Notes: a model not told the origin generated them from the letters alone. A stretch of 64,000 nt of DNA from Deinococcus sp. (GCA_965261005.1 OZ253375.1:2464001-2528000); one strand, 5' to 3'. Shown: positions 21,811-35,215, counted from the stretch's first letter. Made by a program: numbers and translations.

Positions 21811-22632
21811 GTGCCCCCCGCCCTCGCCGGCCTGCTGTCCGCCCTGACTTACGGGGTGGGGGACTTTCTCTCCGGCCTCGCCAGCCGGCGCGATCCGCCG
21901 CTGCGCGTCGTCGCCCTGACGCACCCGCTGGCCGCCCTGACGCTGGCCCTGCTGGCTTGGCTGCTCGGCCAGGAGATGCCGCCCGTTCGCGACCTCATGT
22001 GGGGCGCCGTCGCGGGCGTGGTCGGCCTCGGGGGCGTGCTCGCCTTTTACCGGGCGCTGGCTCTCGGGCCGATGGGCGCGGTGTCGGTCGCGGCGGGCGC
22101 CTTGTCGGCGCTGCTGCCGGTCGGCGCGGGCCTGCTGCTGGGCGAGGCGTTCGGCGCGCTGCTGCTGGCCGGCGCCGCGTGCATTCTTATGGGCTGCGCG
22201 CTGCTGAGCTTCGTGCCCGGCGGGTCCGGGGCGGCGAACGGCGTCCCGCTCGGGTTACTCGCGGGCCTGGGCTTCGGCCTGTTCTTCGTGTTGCTGGGGC
22301 AAGCGAGCGCGCCGGGGGTGCTGTGGACCTTGTGTGCGGCCAGAATCGCCAGCAGCGCCGCCGTGCTGCCCATCGCCGTGCGAACGGTCGGTTTGCGCCC
22401 GAACACGTTCAGCTTGATACTGGCCTCGGCGCCGGGGGATACCCTCGGCAACCTGTTTTACCTGCTGGCCGTGCAGGGCGGCGGCCTGGCGCTGGCCGGC
22501 TTGCTGACCGGCCTCTACCCAGCCCTGACCATTCTGCTGGCGGCCCTGATTCTGCGCGAACGGCTACGGCCCGCCCAGTGGGCCGGCGTGGGCCTCGCCT
22601 TGCTGGGGGCGACCTTGCTGACGCGGCGATAA
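21811..22632 (+). CDS. EamA/DMT-family transporter
   Basis: About 10 TM segments in two repeats, ILRERL motif. Confidence 0.85.
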   Translation: MPPALAGLLSALTYGVGDFLSGLASRRDPPLRVVALTHPLAALTLALLAWLLGQEMPPVRDLMWGAVAGVVGLGGVLAFYRALALGPMGAVSVAAGALSALLPVGAGLLLGEAFGALLLAGAACILMGCALLSFVPGGSGAANGVPLGLLAGLGFGLFFVLLGQASAPGVLWTLCAARIASSAAVLPIAVRTVGLRPNTFSLILASAPGDTLGNLFYLLAVQGGGLALAGLLTGLYPALTILLAALILRERLRPAQWAGVGLALLGATLLTRR

Positions 22633-22936
22633 ATAAAAGTTGAGCTTGCCCGCCAATATTCCCAATCCGAAAAAGCGAAAATAACGCCCATGAACACGGC
22701 AGACGGGGAAGGCATCGCGAACGTCGGCGAGCCTAGCGCGAGCGACTTGGAGAGCGGCACATCGGCCAACTCCGGCACGCCGGTTGGCAGTGGCGGCACG
22801 ACGGTGGGGAGTATGGCGGCGGGCGCTCAGATGCCTGAGCAAATGGACGCCGGCGGCACGTCCGCCAACGTGTCCGCCGAGATGCCCAGCGGGGACGCCG
22901 GCCCCGGCATCAGCCCCACCGGCGACAATAACTTAA

Positions 22937-24125
22937 CTGACATGTTGCAGATTTCATAGGGGTTGTCTGGAACGCGGTTTTGGCCCCAAGCTGGGGTGTG
23001 AATCCAAAAGAAGCACGTTCCAGACAACTCTATTCTGACATCCTCAAGAGCTTCGCTCGTAAGCAGCACCGCGACTCGTTGCGCGTCTTCCTCGACTTGC
23101 TCCTCGAAGCCAAGGGCCGACCATTCCCCAGTCAAGCCACCGTCAAGTCTCCCGCTGCCATCAGCCGGTTTCTCAACCACTACGGCTGGTCCACCCGCTC
23201 CCTCGTTCGCGCCCTGCGTCACCACGCTCAGCAAACGCTCCTCGACTTCTGGCGCTCAGCTCCCCACCAGCGTCCCCGCCTCGAACTCTTGATCGACCTC
23301 ACCAGCTTGGAAAAGACCGGCCACTTTGAGCAGTTGGATGACTGGATGCACGTCTACAACGGCGTCCACGGCGTTCATCTGGTCGTCCTCTACCTCTGCT
23401 GTGGTCCGCTCCGCTTGCCCTGGGCCGTCCAGGTCTGGCGCGGTAAAGGCACCCCCTCACCCGCCGTGCTGGCCCTTAAACTGCTCCGCAGCGTTCCCAA
23501 GGGGTTGCTCAGCAGCGGTCGAAAGGCGCGCGTGCATGCCGACGGCGGCTTCGAGTGTGCCACCTTCATCCACGGTGTCCTCGACGTTGGGTTCGATCTG
23601 ATCGTGGGCGTGCGCAAAAACCGCAAGCTCGCAGATGGCCGCACCGTCGCCGACCTCACCGTGCGTGGCTCGACCGTCACCCCTCAAGGACTGCGTCAGC
23701 ACATGACCGTCTCTTGGGTTTGGCTGTACCGCAACACGCAGCCCGAACAGCGTTTCGTGATGTCCAGCTGCAAACTGGGCGGTGTCTACCTGGCCCGTGT
23801 AGGCAAACGTCGCTGGAAGATCGAGGCGTTCTTCAAAACCATCAAAGGCCGTTTCGGTTTGGAACGCTTTGCCCAGCACAGCAAACAGGGCGCCTTCCGC
23901 TTTTGGTGCCTCTCGACCTTGGCCTTCCTGCTGTGTCACTTGGCCGATCTCGACTTGCCACCACGGCCACCTGGCGAGTGGCCGGATTGGGGTGAACTGG
24001 CCAAAGCCCTGCGGCTCACCCTGCTCGCCGACGTGCGCCGTGCCGCCCTGCTCCTCGAACTCGCCGACCTCGACGCCGCTCAAGACGCCATCCCTACCCA
24101 CGCTCCTTAAACTGCAATATGTCAG
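22937..24125 (+). mobile_element. Complete insertion sequence, 1189 bp (IS4/IS701-like DDE)
   Basis: 14-bp IRs CTGACATGTTGCAG / CTGCAATATGTCAG (one mismatch), TTAA on both flanks. Confidence 0.9.
22980..24110 (+). CDS. DDE transposase
   Basis: LIDLTSLEK, HADGGF, RRWKIEAFFKTIK; the true start may be GTG 22998. Confidence 0.88.
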   Translation: MAPSWGVNPKEARSRQLYSDILKSFARKQHRDSLRVFLDLLLEAKGRPFPSQATVKSPAAISRFLNHYGWSTRSLVRALRHHAQQTLLDFWRSAPHQRPRLELLIDLTSLEKTGHFEQLDDWMHVYNGVHGVHLVVLYLCCGPLRLPWAVQVWRGKGTPSPAVLALKLLRSVPKGLLSSGRKARVHADGGFECATFIHGVLDVGFDLIVGVRKNRKLADGRTVADLTVRGSTVTPQGLRQHMTVSWVWLYRNTQPEQRFVMSSCKLGGVYLARVGKRRWKIEAFFKTIKGRFGLERFAQHSKQGAFRFWCLSTLAFLLCHLADLDLPPRPPGEWPDWGELAKALRLTLLADVRRAALLLELADLDAAQDAIPTHAP

Positions 24126-24374
24126 TTAAGCGACGTAAGCACGCGGGCGGCGGGCAGCCTTGACCCGTCCAATTTGCCCGGCCAAGGACTGCCCGGCACC
24201 ATGAGCGCCTCGTCGAGTGACGCGGCCTACACCCATCCCGGCGACTTCACGGCCGAGGTGCCAAAAAACGACGTGGAGGACGGCTCGCCCTCCTGATCGC
24301 CACTTTCGCCGCAGCGGCCAGATTTGCTATACTTCCAAAGTTGCCCGCTGAGTCTCAGGCGGCGAAGGAGAGCC

Positions 24375-24590
<216 letters not shown>

Positions 24591-24605
24591 GCGTTGCTCA
24601 CCCCG

Positions 24606-24632
24606 CCCCGCCGCCCGGCGGGGTTTTTGTTT
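24606..24632 (+). terminator. Intrinsic terminator after rpmE
   Basis: ccccgccg/cggcgggg stem followed by ttttt. Confidence 0.8.
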
Positions 24633-24709
24633 GCTTGACGGTTTGCGGGGTGCCCCCTAGACTCCTAGCAATCCAGGTGTGTTGATCGCGCGAGCAGAAA
24701 TGGGGGGCC

Positions 24710-26230
24710 ATGACCACGCACGCACAGGTCGCCTTTGTGGGCGTCTCCAAGTCTTTCGGGCCGGTGGAGGTGCTGCACGACGTCAGCTTCGAGATCGCCC
24801 CCGGCGAGGTCCACGCCCTGATCGGCGAGAACGGGGCCGGCAAGAGCACCCTGATGAAGATTCTGGCCGGCTACCAACCGCCGAGCGCGGGTGAGGTGTT
24901 GCTGGGGGGCCGGCCCGGCCGCTTCCGCGACAGCAAGGACGCGGAAGCGGCCGGCGTCGTGCTGATTCACCAGGAGTTCAATTTGGCCGAGGACCTGACG
25001 GTCGCCCAGAACATCTTTCTGGGCCGTGAGCGCGGCGGCCTCTTGCTCGACGACGCGGGCATGAACGTGCGGGCGCGGGAAGCTTTGGAACGCTTGCACG
25101 TGAGGCTCGACCCCCGCACCCGCGTGCGCGAGCTGAGCGTGCCGCAAAAGCAGCTGGTCGAGATCGCCCGCGCCCTGTCCCGGGACGCCCGGCTGCTGAT
25201 CCTCGACGAGCCGACCGCCAGCCTGACCCTCGGCGAAACCGAGACGCTCTTTCAGCTGATGCGCCAGTTGGCCGCGCAAGGGGTGACGCTGCTGTATATC
25301 AGCCACAAGCTGGACGAGGTGCGGGCGGTCGCGGAACGGGTGACGGTGCTGCGCGACGGGCGCTACGTGACCACCGCCCCCGTCGCGGGCCTCAGCGAGC
25401 ACGACATGGCCAGCCTGATGGTCGGGCGCGAGCTGGAGGACATGTTTCCGCCGAGGGGGGAGCCGCGACCGGGGGAGCTGCTGCGCGTGGAGGGCCTCAG
25501 CGTGCCCGGCTGGGCGCAGGGCGTCAGCTTCACCCTGCGCGCCGGCGAGGTGCTGGGCTTCGCGGGCCTGGTGGGGGCGGGGCGCACCGAGACTTTCGAG
25601 GGGCTGCTGGGCCTGCGCCGAAGCACGGTCGGGCGGGTGCTGCTGCGGGGGCGGCCCACCCGCCTCGGCTCGCCGCAGGTCGCCGCGCGGGCCGGCGTGG
25701 TGTACCTGTCCGAGGACCGGGGGGGCAAGGGCCTGCTGACGGACAAGCCGCTCACGCCCAACCTCACCCTGATGACCCTGGAGCAGTACGCCCACCCCCT
25801 GTTGAACCTGCGGGCCGAGGAACGGGCGATGGAGCGCGCCCAGCGCGAATACGGCATTCGCGCCGGCAGCCTGAACGTGCCGGCCGGCGCCCTGTCGGGA
25901 GGGAACCAGCAGAAGCTGGCCCTGGCGCGCATTCTGGAGCCGGACCCACAGGTGATCATCCTCGACGAGCCGACCCGCGGCGTGGACGTGGGCGCCAAGC
26001 GCGACATCTACCTGCTGATTCACCGTCTCGCGGGGGCCGGCAAGGGCGTGATCGTGATCTCCAGCGAGATGCAGGAGCTGCTGGGCGTGTGCCACCGGGT
26101 GGTGACCATGCACGCCGGGCGGGTGACGGGCAACTTGTCCGGCGACGACCTGACCGAGCGCGAAGTGATTCAGTACATCACCGGCCTCAAGGCCCAGCCC
26201 GCCCCACTCTCGGAAGCGGAGGTCGGGTGA
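24710..26230 (+). CDS. Monosaccharide ABC transporter ATPase (RbsA/XylG-like)
   Basis: GENGAGKST, two LDEPT motifs, LSGGNQQK. Confidence 0.94.
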   Translation: MTTHAQVAFVGVSKSFGPVEVLHDVSFEIAPGEVHALIGENGAGKSTLMKILAGYQPPSAGEVLLGGRPGRFRDSKDAEAAGVVLIHQEFNLAEDLTVAQNIFLGRERGGLLLDDAGMNVRAREALERLHVRLDPRTRVRELSVPQKQLVEIARALSRDARLLILDEPTASLTLGETETLFQLMRQLAAQGVTLLYISHKLDEVRAVAERVTVLRDGRYVTTAPVAGLSEHDMASLMVGRELEDMFPPRGEPRPGELLRVEGLSVPGWAQGVSFTLRAGEVLGFAGLVGAGRTETFEGLLGLRRSTVGRVLLRGRPTRLGSPQVAARAGVVYLSEDRGGKGLLTDKPLTPNLTLMTLEQYAHPLLNLRAEERAMERAQREYGIRAGSLNVPAGALSGGNQQKLALARILEPDPQVIILDEPTRGVDVGAKRDIYLLIHRLAGAGKGVIVISSEMQELLGVCHRVVTMHAGRVTGNLSGDDLTEREVIQYITGLKAQPAPLSEAEVG

Positions 26231-27231
26231 GCACCCCCGTTCCCGAAACCGCCCCCGCTCCCCCGCGCCGGCCTTCCTGGCTGGCCCGGCTGGGCAGCCT
26301 CGGGCCGCTGCTGGGCTTGCTGGCCCTGATGCTCCTCGCCACGCTGCTCAACCCGGCCTTTGCGAGCTACGCCAACCTCAGCAACGTGGTGACCGGGGCG
26401 ACCTTTATCGGCATTGTGGCGGTGGGGGCGACCTTCGTGATCATCTCGGGCGGCATCGACCTGTCGGTCGGCTCGATGGCGGCCCTGATCGCGGGCAGCG
26501 TGATTCTCTTCATGAACGCGCTCGCGCCCGCGCTGGGCAGCGGCTGGCTCACCATCTCGGTCGGGATGCTGGCGGCCCTCTTGATCGGGGCGCTGGCGGG
26601 GCTGTTTCACGGGACCGTCATCACGCTGGGGCGCATCGAACCGTTCATCGTCACCCTGGGCACGCTGGGCATCTTCCGGGCCGTGCTGACCTACCTGTCG
26701 CAGGGCGGGGCCATCTCGCTGGGGCTGACCCTCGGCGACACCTACAGCCCGGTGTACTACGGCAAGCTGCTGGGGATTCCGGTTCCCATTCTGGTCTTTG
26801 CGGCGGTCGCCCTGCTGGGCGGGCTGATTCTCAATCGCACCCGCTACGGGCGCTACGTCCAGGCCATCGGTTCGAGCGAGCAGGTGGCGCGCTACGCCGC
26901 CATCGACGTGACCCGCGTCAAGATTCTGACCTACGTGATCCAGGGCGTTTGCGTGGGCCTGGCGACCATCCTGTACGTGCCGCGCCTCGGTAGCGCGACG
27001 CCCTCGACCGGTCTGCTGTGGGAATTGGAGGCCATCGCCGCCGTCATCATCGGCGGCACGGCCCTGCGCGGGGGCAGCGGGCGCGTCTGGGGCACCGTCG
27101 TGGGGGCCATTCTGCTGCTGACCATCGAGAACGTCCTCAACCTGACCTCAATTATCAGCGTGTACTTGAACGCGGCGGTGCAGGGGGTGGTGATCATTCT
27201 GGTGGCGTTTTTTCAAAGGGGCAGGAAGTAG
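26227..27231 (+). CDS. Monosaccharide ABC permease
   Basis: [26 protein letters not shown] overlap with the ATPase. Confidence 0.92.
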   Translation: MSTPVPETAPAPPRRPSWLARLGSLGPLLGLLALMLLATLLNPAFASYANLSNVVTGATFIGIVAVGATFVIISGGIDLSVGSMAALIAGSVILFMNALAPALGSGWLTISVGMLAALLIGALAGLFHGTVITLGRIEPFIVTLGTLGIFRAVLTYLSQGGAISLGLTLGDTYSPVYYGKLLGIPVPILVFAAVALLGGLILNRTRYGRYVQAIGSSEQVARYAAIDVTRVKILTYVIQGVCVGLATILYVPRLGSATPSTGLLWELEAIAAVIIGGTALRGGSGRVWGTVVGAILLLTIENVLNLTSIISVYLNAAVQGVVIILVAFFQRGRK

Positions 27232-27291
27232 GATGCGGGAAAGATTGGGCGCGGCGTTCGGACGTTCGACGGCTTTTTCAGGAGGAAACCC

Positions 27292-28236
27292 ATGAAGACC
27301 AGATTGCTGTTGATGACGGTGTTGCTCGGCAGCTCGCTCGCTCTCGCGCAGGACAAGAAGGTCATGGGCGTCTCGATTCCCTCGGCCGACCACGGCTGGA
27401 CGGCCGGGGTGGTGTACTGGGCCAACGAGACCGCGAAGGAGTTGCAGAAGAAGTACCCGGGCCTCCAGGTGATCGTCAAGACCGCCAAGGACGCCCCCGA
27501 GCAGGCCAACCAGATTCGCGACCTCGCGACGGTGAACAAGATCAACACCCTGGTGATCCTGCCGCAGGACAGCGCGACCCTGACGCGCCCGGTCGCCAGC
27601 GTCAAAAAGCAGGGCGTCTACACCGTCGTGGTGGACCGCGCCCTGAGCGATCCGGGCGCCCAGGACGCCTACGTGGCGGGGGACAACCCCGGCCTCGGGC
27701 GGGTCAGCGCCGAGTACGTGGGCAAGCAGCTGGGTGGCAAGGGCAGCATCGTGGTGCTGCGCGGCATTCCGACCGTCATCGACAACCAGCGGGTGGACAA
27801 CTTCGAGAAGACCCTGGGGGCGATGTACCCGGGCGTCAAGATTTTGGATAAGCAGTACGCCAACTGGAACCGCGACGACGGCTTCAAGGTGATGCAGGAC
27901 GACCTGACCCGCTTTCCCAAAATTGACGCCGTGTGGGCGCAGGATGACGACATCGCCGTGGGCGTGCTGCGGGCGATCCAGCAGGCGGGGCGCAGCGACA
28001 TCAAGTTCGTGCTTGGGGGAGCTGGCATGAAGGAGGCCGTCAAGAAGGTGATGGACGGCGACAAGCTGATCACCGCCGACGTGACCTACCCGCCGCGTAT
28101 GATTCAGGACGCCATGCGCCTGGCCGCCGAGAGCCTGGTGGGCGGCAAGCCGATGGCGAAGAGCACCATTATCCCCAGCGTGCTGATCACCAAGCAGAAC
28201 GCCGACAAGTACTACTTCCCGAACTCGCCGTTCTGA
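27292..28236 (+). CDS. Monosaccharide ABC substrate-binding protein
   Basis: Signal peptide, RbsB-like motifs (VVDR, GDN, AQDDD); AGGAGG RBS. Confidence 0.92.
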   Translation: MKTRLLLMTVLLGSSLALAQDKKVMGVSIPSADHGWTAGVVYWANETAKELQKKYPGLQVIVKTAKDAPEQANQIRDLATVNKINTLVILPQDSATLTRPVASVKKQGVYTVVVDRALSDPGAQDAYVAGDNPGLGRVSAEYVGKQLGGKGSIVVLRGIPTVIDNQRVDNFEKTLGAMYPGVKILDKQYANWNRDDGFKVMQDDLTRFPKIDAVWAQDDDIAVGVLRAIQQAGRSDIKFVLGGAGMKEAVKKVMDGDKLITADVTYPPRMIQDAMRLAAESLVGGKPMAKSTIIPSVLITKQNADKYYFPNSPF

Positions 28237-28243
28237 GGACCCC

Positions 28244-28280
28244 TCACCCCCGGCCCCTCTCCCGCAAGGGGAGAGGGGTG
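28244..28280. repeat. REP-like palindromic element, copy 2
   Basis: 37-bp exact match to 19260-19296. Confidence 0.85.
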
Positions 28281-28291
28281 CTAGGAGGCAC

Positions 28292-29298
<1,007 letters not shown>

Positions 29299-29302
<4 letters not shown>

Positions 29303-30462
29303 GGCGGCTGCACATGGGCATGGTCGGCGGCGGGCAGGGGGCCTTTATCGGCGCGGTTCACCGCATGGCCGCCGCCCTGGACGGGCAGATTGACTTCATG
29401 GCGGGGGCGCTCTCCAGCACCCCGGAGAAATCAAAGGCTTCTGGACGCGAGCTTGGGCTGGACGAGGGGCGCAACTACGGCTCCTGGGAGGAGATGCTCT
29501 CGGGCGAGCTGGCCCGGCCAGGGGACGAGCGGATTGACTTCGTGTCGGTCGTGACGCCCAACCACCTGCACTACCCGGTGGCGCGGGCGTTCGCGGCGGC
29601 GGGCATCAACGTCGTGTCCGACAAGCCGCTGGTGCACAGCTCCGAGCAGGCGCGCGATCTGATGGACGTGGTGGCGAAGTCGGGGGTCGTCTTCGCCGTC
29701 ACCTACAACTACACCGGCTACCCGCTGGTGCGCGAGGCGCGCGAACTGGTGCGCTCGGGCCGCATTGGCGAGGTGCGAAAGGTGATCGTGGAGTACAACC
29801 AAGGATGGCTTGCCACGCAGCTCAGCAACAAGCAGGCCGATTGGCGCACCGACCCCGAGCGGAGCGGCCTGGCGGGCGCGGTGGGCGACATCGGCTCGCA
29901 CGCCGAGAATTTGATGGCGACGGTGACGGGCCTGGAGCTGGACGCCCTGTGCGCCGATTTGACCAGCTTCGTGCCGGGCCGCAAGCTCGACGACGACGCC
30001 AGCATGCTGCTGCGCTTTGAGGGCGGGGCGCGGGGCGTCCTGACCTGCTCGCAAATCGAGATCGGCGCCGAGAACGACTTGCGCCTGCGGGTGTATGGAA
30101 CGCGGGGCAGCCTGACTTGGCAGCAGGAGGACCCCAACCACCTGTTTCTCGACACCCTGGACGCGCCCCGCCAAATCTTGACGCGCGGCAGCCCGTACCT
30201 TAGTCCGGCGGCGCAAGCGGCCACCCGCTTGCCAACCGGCCACCCGGAAGCGTTTATCGAGGCCTTTGCCAATGTCTACCGGGGGGCGGCCGAGGCGATG
30301 CGCGCGAAAAAGGAGAACCGTGCCCCCGACCCGCTCATGGCCGACTTTCCGACGCTCGCGGACGGGGCGCGCGGCGTGCACTTCATCGAAAAGGCGGTCG
30401 AGAGCGCCGGGAGCGAGCGAAAGTGGACTGAGGCGAGCTGGCGTGAAAAGGTGGCGTCATGA
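29299..30462 (+). CDS. Gfo/Idh/MocA-family oxidoreductase
   Basis: GMVGGG, VTPNHLH, DKP, GDIGSH. Confidence 0.9.
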
Positions 30463-31625
30463 GTTCCTATCAGCCCACGCCTGCGGACAAGTTCACCTTC
30501 GGCCTTTGGACGGTGGGGAACGTCGGGCGCGACCCCTTCGGTGAGCCGACCCGCCGGGGGCTCGACCCCGTCAGCATCGTCCACAAGCTGGCCGAGCTGG
30601 GCGCCTACGGCGTCAACCTGCACGACAACGACCTGATTCTAATAGATGCGAGCGCCGGCGAGCGCGACCGCATGGTGGCCGAGTTCAAGAGAGCGCTGGA
30701 GGAAACTGGCCTGGTCGTCCCGATGGCGACCACCAACCTCTTTACCGACCCTGCCTTCAAGGACGGCGCCTTCACTTCCGCCGACGCCCGCGTGCGCGCC
30801 CTCGCCCTGCAAAAGACCATGCTCAGCATGGACCTCGGGGCCGAGCTGGGGGCCTCCACCTACGTCTTTTGGGGCGGGCGCGAGGGGACCGAGGTGGACG
30901 CCTCCGGCAAGCTGCTCGACAGCTTGGCGTGGTTTCGCGACAGCCTCAACTTTCTGGCCGAGTACAGCCGGGACCAAGGGTACAACTACAAGTTTGCGCT
31001 GGAACCCAAGCCCAACGAGCCGCGCGGCGACATCTTCTTTCCGACGGCGGGAAGCATGCTCGGCTTTATCGCCACGCTGGAGCGGCCGGACCTCTTCGGG
31101 GTCAACCCGGAGTTCGCGCACGACACCATGGCGGGCCTCAACTTCGCGCACGCCTTGGCGCAGGTCATTGACGCCGGCAAACTCTTTCACGTTGACCTCA
31201 ACGACCAAAAGATGGGCCGCTTCGATCAGGACTTGCGCTTTGGGGCGGAGAACCTCAAGACGGCCTTTTTCGTGGTGAAGCTGTTGGAGGAGAGCGGCTA
31301 CGACGGTCCCCGGCACTTCGACGCGCACGCGCTCAGAACCGAGGACGAGGCCGGGGTGTGGGCCTTTGCGCGCGGCTGCATGCGGACGTACCTGATGCTG
31401 AGGGACAAGGCGCGGCAGTTTGGTGAGGACGCGGAGATTCAGGCGGCCTTACAAGCCTACCGGGTAGAGGATCCGGAGTTGGAGGCGTTGAGCAAAGGGT
31501 ACACCCGCGAAAAAGCGGGGGCGCTCAAGAACAGAACCTTCGACCGCGAGGCGCTGGGCCGGCGAGGTCCCGGCTTGGAGCAGCTCGACCAGCTGACCGT
31601 TGAGTTGTTGCTGGGCGTGCGGTGA
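30459..31625 (+). CDS. xylA: Xylose isomerase
   Basis: [46 protein letters not shown]. Confidence 0.96.
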   Translation: MSSYQPTPADKFTFGLWTVGNVGRDPFGEPTRRGLDPVSIVHKLAELGAYGVNLHDNDLILIDASAGERDRMVAEFKRALEETGLVVPMATTNLFTDPAFKDGAFTSADARVRALALQKTMLSMDLGAELGASTYVFWGGREGTEVDASGKLLDSLAWFRDSLNFLAEYSRDQGYNYKFALEPKPNEPRGDIFFPTAGSMLGFIATLERPDLFGVNPEFAHDTMAGLNFAHALAQVIDAGKLFHVDLNDQKMGRFDQDLRFGAENLKTAFFVVKLLEESGYDGPRHFDAHALRTEDEAGVWAFARGCMRTYLMLRDKARQFGEDAEIQAALQAYRVEDPELEALSKGYTREKAGALKNRTFDREALGRRGPGLEQLDQLTVELLLGVR

Positions 31626-33109
31626 CTGGACCTACGACGCGGGGAGCCGTCGCCCTGGGCCTTGACGTCGGCACCAGCGGCCTCAAGGCCGTCGCCCTGA
31701 ACGCGGCGGGGGAGAGCGTGGCGGTGGCGGGCACGACCTACCCGCTGCTCACCCCGCAGCCCGGCTGGACCGAGCAACACCCGCAGGACTGGGTGAACGC
31801 CGCCAAGATGGCCCTTTCCGAACTCGCGTCCCAACTCACGAATTACGACATCGTCGCCCTCGGCTTGTCGGGGCAGATGCACGGCTTGGTGCCGCTGGAC
31901 GGGGCCGGCGAGGTCATCCGCCCGGCGCCCCTGTGGAACGACCAACGCACCGGGGCGGCGGCGCTGGAGATCGAGGCCCGCGTGCCGAGGGGCGAGCTGA
32001 TCGCGCGCACCGGGAACCCCGCCGTGACCGGCTTTCAATTGCCCAAGATCGTGTGGCTGCGAGGGGCCGAGCCGCAGAACTTCGCCCGGCTGCGCCACGC
32101 CCTGCTGCCCAAGGACTACCTCGGCTTCGTCCTGACCGGCGAACTGGTCACCGAGCCGAGCGACGCCTCCGGGGTGGGCGCCCTCAACCTGGCGGCGCGC
32201 GACTGGGACGCGGACGTTTTGGCGGCCCTCGACCTCGACAAGAGTTTGTTTCCCGAGGTCGTGCCGTCGCATGCCGTTGTGGGGAAGCTGAAGCCCGACC
32301 TCGCGCGCGAACTCGGTTTGCCGTCCAGGTTGCCGGTCATTGCCGGGGCGGGGGACAACGCGGGGGCGGCGGTCGGGTTGGGGCTGTCGAGTCAGCAGCT
32401 CGGCGTGGGCAGCTTGTCGCTGGGCACCTCGGGCGTGATCTTCCTGCCGCTTGAAACCCCAACCCCCGAGCCGGAGGGGCGCGTTCACCTCTTCTGCCAC
32501 GCGGACGGCGGCTACCATCTGCTGGGCGTCACGCTGGCGGCGGCGGGGGCCTTGCAGTGGTTCCGGGACGCCCTCGCCCCCGAAATCGGCTTCGACGCCC
32601 TGTTGGCGGAGGCGGGGACGGTGCCGCCCGGCGCCCACGGCCTGACCTTCGTCCCGTACCTGGCCGGCGAGCGCAGCCCCCACCTGAACCCCGACGCGCG
32701 CGGCATGTTCGCGGGCCTGTCCCTGGCGCACGGGCGCCGGGAGATGGTGCGGGCGGTTCTTGAAGGGACCGTCTTCGCGCTGGAGCAGGCCCTCGACTTC
32801 ATGCGGCCCCTCACGCCCGTGAAGCGGCTGCTGACGGTCGGCGGTGGCGCCCGAAGCGACACCTGGCTGGCGGCGGCGGGCGCGGCGCTGCAAGTTCCCC
32901 TGGCCCGGCCGAACCTGGAGGCGAGTCCGGCACGCGGGGCGGCGATTCTGGCGCTGGCGGGGGCGGGGGTGTACCCGGATGTTCAAACGGCGATGGCGAT
33001 GGCGGCCCCTGGCGCCGAACCCGCCCCGTCCGGCGACCCCAACGACTACGCCGCCGCCCGCGAGCGTTACCGCGCGGCGTCCGCTTGGGCGCTCCACTTT
33101 CCCCGTTGA
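31622..33109 (+). CDS. xylB: Xylulokinase
   Basis: [33 protein letters not shown]; follows xylA. Confidence 0.93.
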   Translation: MTGPTTRGAVALGLDVGTSGLKAVALNAAGESVAVAGTTYPLLTPQPGWTEQHPQDWVNAAKMALSELASQLTNYDIVALGLSGQMHGLVPLDGAGEVIRPAPLWNDQRTGAAALEIEARVPRGELIARTGNPAVTGFQLPKIVWLRGAEPQNFARLRHALLPKDYLGFVLTGELVTEPSDASGVGALNLAARDWDADVLAALDLDKSLFPEVVPSHAVVGKLKPDLARELGLPSRLPVIAGAGDNAGAAVGLGLSSQQLGVGSLSLGTSGVIFLPLETPTPEPEGRVHLFCHADGGYHLLGVTLAAAGALQWFRDALAPEIGFDALLAEAGTVPPGAHGLTFVPYLAGERSPHLNPDARGMFAGLSLAHGRREMVRAVLEGTVFALEQALDFMRPLTPVKRLLTVGGGARSDTWLAAAGAALQVPLARPNLEASPARGAAILALAGAGVYPDVQTAMAMAAPGAEPAPSGDPNDYAAARERYRAASAWALHFPR

Positions 33110-33717
33110 TGCTCCGCTCTCCCTACCACGGCGGCCACCTGGAGGTGATCGCTGGCCCGATGTTCAGCGGCAAGTCCGAGGAGCTGATTCGCCGCGTCAC
33201 GCGCGCCGTGATCGCCCGCCAAAGGGTGGCGCTGTTCAAGCCGGCCGTGGACGACCGCTACCACGCCACCGCCGTCGCCAGCCACGCCGGCCGCAGCGCC
33301 GAGGCTTACGCGGTGCGCTCGGCAAGCGAGGCCGGGCAACTGCTGCGCGGCGAGACGCCGTTGCTGGTGGGGGAGGCCACCCTGCCCGACGTGGTCGGCT
33401 TCGACGAGGCGCAGTTCTTCGACGCGGGCTTGGTGCCGCTCGCCCTCGACCTCGCCGCGCGGGGCGTGCGGGTCATTCTGGCCGGCCTCGACCTCGACTT
33501 TCGCGGCGAACCCTTCGGCCCCATGCCCGAGCTGCTGGCCCGCGCCGAGAGCGTCGAGAAGCTGAGCGCCGTGTGCGTCTGCTGCGGCGCCCCGGCCACC
33601 CGCACCCAGCGCCTGATCGGCGGCGAGCCGGCCCGCGCGGGGGATCCGGTGGTGCTGGTGGGCGCCTCGGAAAGCTACGAGGCGCGCTGCCGGGTACATC
33701 ACGTGGTCCGGCCCTGA
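33109..33717 (+). CDS. tdk: Thymidine kinase
   Basis: [27 protein letters not shown]…YEARCR. Confidence 0.95.
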   Translation: MLRSPYHGGHLEVIAGPMFSGKSEELIRRVTRAVIARQRVALFKPAVDDRYHATAVASHAGRSAEAYAVRSASEAGQLLRGETPLLVGEATLPDVVGFDEAQFFDAGLVPLALDLAARGVRVILAGLDLDFRGEPFGPMPELLARAESVEKLSAVCVCCGAPATRTQRLIGGEPARAGDPVVLVGASESYEARCRVHHVVRP

Positions 33718-33764
33718 ACGCCTGGCCGTAAGACTTTTGTCAGACCTTCTCCCCATACTGAGGG

Positions 33765-33931
33765 CATGAGTTGAGGCCGGAGTGCTTCAGCTCACCCCCC
33801 AACCTCCGCGTGCGGCGGCACCTTCACTCTCCTCTTCCCCCCTCCAAGCATCGCCGTCCCACCGCCCCGCACGCGATTCTCTTCAAGGCCAAGGCCCCGA
33901 CGAGTGACGACTTGTCGGGGCCTTGGCTTTT
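33765..33931 (+). ncRNA. Candidate structured small RNA
   Basis: CATACT -10-like box at 33754, two hairpins with C/U-rich unpaired regions, strong terminator at 33887-33931. Confidence 0.4.
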
Positions 33932-33947
33932 GTGGTTATGCTGAAGC

Positions 33948-35168
33948 GTGACCGACCTCGAAGCGCTGCGGATGCGGGCGCAGGACTTGTCGAACTCGGA
34001 CGCGGGCGCTTACCTGGCGGAGTTGCCCCTGTTCGAGCGGGACCCGGAGTACGCCCACCTGTGGACGGCCAGCGGCGCGGCGCTCGCCTTTGAGGCGGGA
34101 CACGAGGCCGACGCCCACTTCTGGCTGGATCGCGCCCTGGAGCACGGCTTTTTCCAGGTTGAGCTGTTTCCCACGCTTTCCGCGCTGCTGGAGGTCCACC
34201 CGGACGCGAAGCACGTTAGGGCGCGGCTCGAAAGCAACGCGCCGGTTCCGCCCGTGACCCTGCTGGACTGGCCCGATGCCCCGCTTCACCTGCCGCTGCG
34301 ACTTGGGAATTTGCTGCCGGAGCGCGAGGCGGCCCTGTGCGACCAGTTGCCGCCCGCCGGCGCGACGGCCCTGGAGACGGCCCTCGATGTGCTGGCCTGG
34401 GCGCACGCGCGCTGGGCGCACACCGGCGACAACGGCGGCGCACAGGGCCAGGACGCCCTCGCCATTTTGGAGCGAGCCGCGCGGGGCGAGCGCTTTCGTT
34501 GCGTGGAGTACGGCGTCGTGCTGGCCGCCGCCCTGTGTGCGCGCGGCATTCCGGCGCGCGTGCTGAGGCTGCGGCTCGCGCGCTACCACGCGGGCCTCGG
34601 GGCGGGGCACATTGTCACCGAGGCCTGGATAGACGACCTGAACGCCTGGGCGCCGCTCGACGGGCAAAACGGTGCCTACTGGGCCGACGAGGTGGGCGCG
34701 CCGCTCGCCACGACCGAGCTGCATCGCCGCTGCCGCGCGGGCGAGGCGCCCCCGCGTTTTCTCGACCGGGCGGGTCAGTCTGTCCCCGAGCCGGAATTGT
34801 GGTGGCGCTACTTTGCTCACGTCTCGGCGGGCGCCGAGGTCGTCTCGCCCGGCGAGGCGTTCGTACCGGTCTTTCAGGGTGAGCCGATGCGCGGCGCCCT
34901 GCTGACCCGCCACGCCCAAGCTGTCCGCCCGGACCTGTCGGATTTGCGGACGCGGCTCGGCTCCGGCGGCGAGGGCGTCACGGTGCGGTTTGAGGCGCTG
35001 CATCCCTACGCCCGCTCGGTTGAAATTGACGGCGAGGCCGTTTCCGAGGAGGGCTGGCCGTTAGACGGGCAAGCCGGCACGCACACCCGCGAGGTGCGGG
35101 TCCGCACCCCGTTCGGCACGCTACGGCCGCGTTCGCTGAATTACAAAGTGGCCGAACGGGAGCGCTAA
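33948..35168 (+). CDS. Transglutaminase-like domain protein
   Basis: RCVEY…GIPAR…GHIVTEAW…W.PLD (Cys-His-Asp triad pattern). Confidence 0.75.
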   Translation: MTDLEALRMRAQDLSNSDAGAYLAELPLFERDPEYAHLWTASGAALAFEAGHEADAHFWLDRALEHGFFQVELFPTLSALLEVHPDAKHVRARLESNAPVPPVTLLDWPDAPLHLPLRLGNLLPEREAALCDQLPPAGATALETALDVLAWAHARWAHTGDNGGAQGQDALAILERAARGERFRCVEYGVVLAAALCARGIPARVLRLRLARYHAGLGAGHIVTEAWIDDLNAWAPLDGQNGAYWADEVGAPLATTELHRRCRAGEAPPRFLDRAGQSVPEPELWWRYFAHVSAGAEVVSPGEAFVPVFQGEPMRGALLTRHAQAVRPDLSDLRTRLGSGGEGVTVRFEALHPYARSVEIDGEAVSEEGWPLDGQAGTHTREVRVRTPFGTLRPRSLNYKVAERER

Positions 35169-35170
35169 AG

Positions 35171-35201
35171 AGAGGGGCAGGCCAAGGTGGCCTGCCCCTC
35201 T
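35171..35201. terminator. Hairpin between convergent genes
   Basis: agaggggcaggcca/tggcctgcccctct. Confidence 0.7.
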
Positions 35202-35215
35202 TCCCCTATGCTTTC

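Larger units (their letters stand above)
22690..24296 (+). pseudogene. Small G/S/D-rich hypothetical gene split by an IS
   Basis: Removing the IS and one TTAA restores a single 137-aa ORF ending at TGA 24294-24296. Confidence 0.75.

Noticed and set aside
31457..33097. Long antisense ORFs (here and opposite many genes)
   Set aside because: Shadow ORFs expected at high GC3; no recognisable domains.
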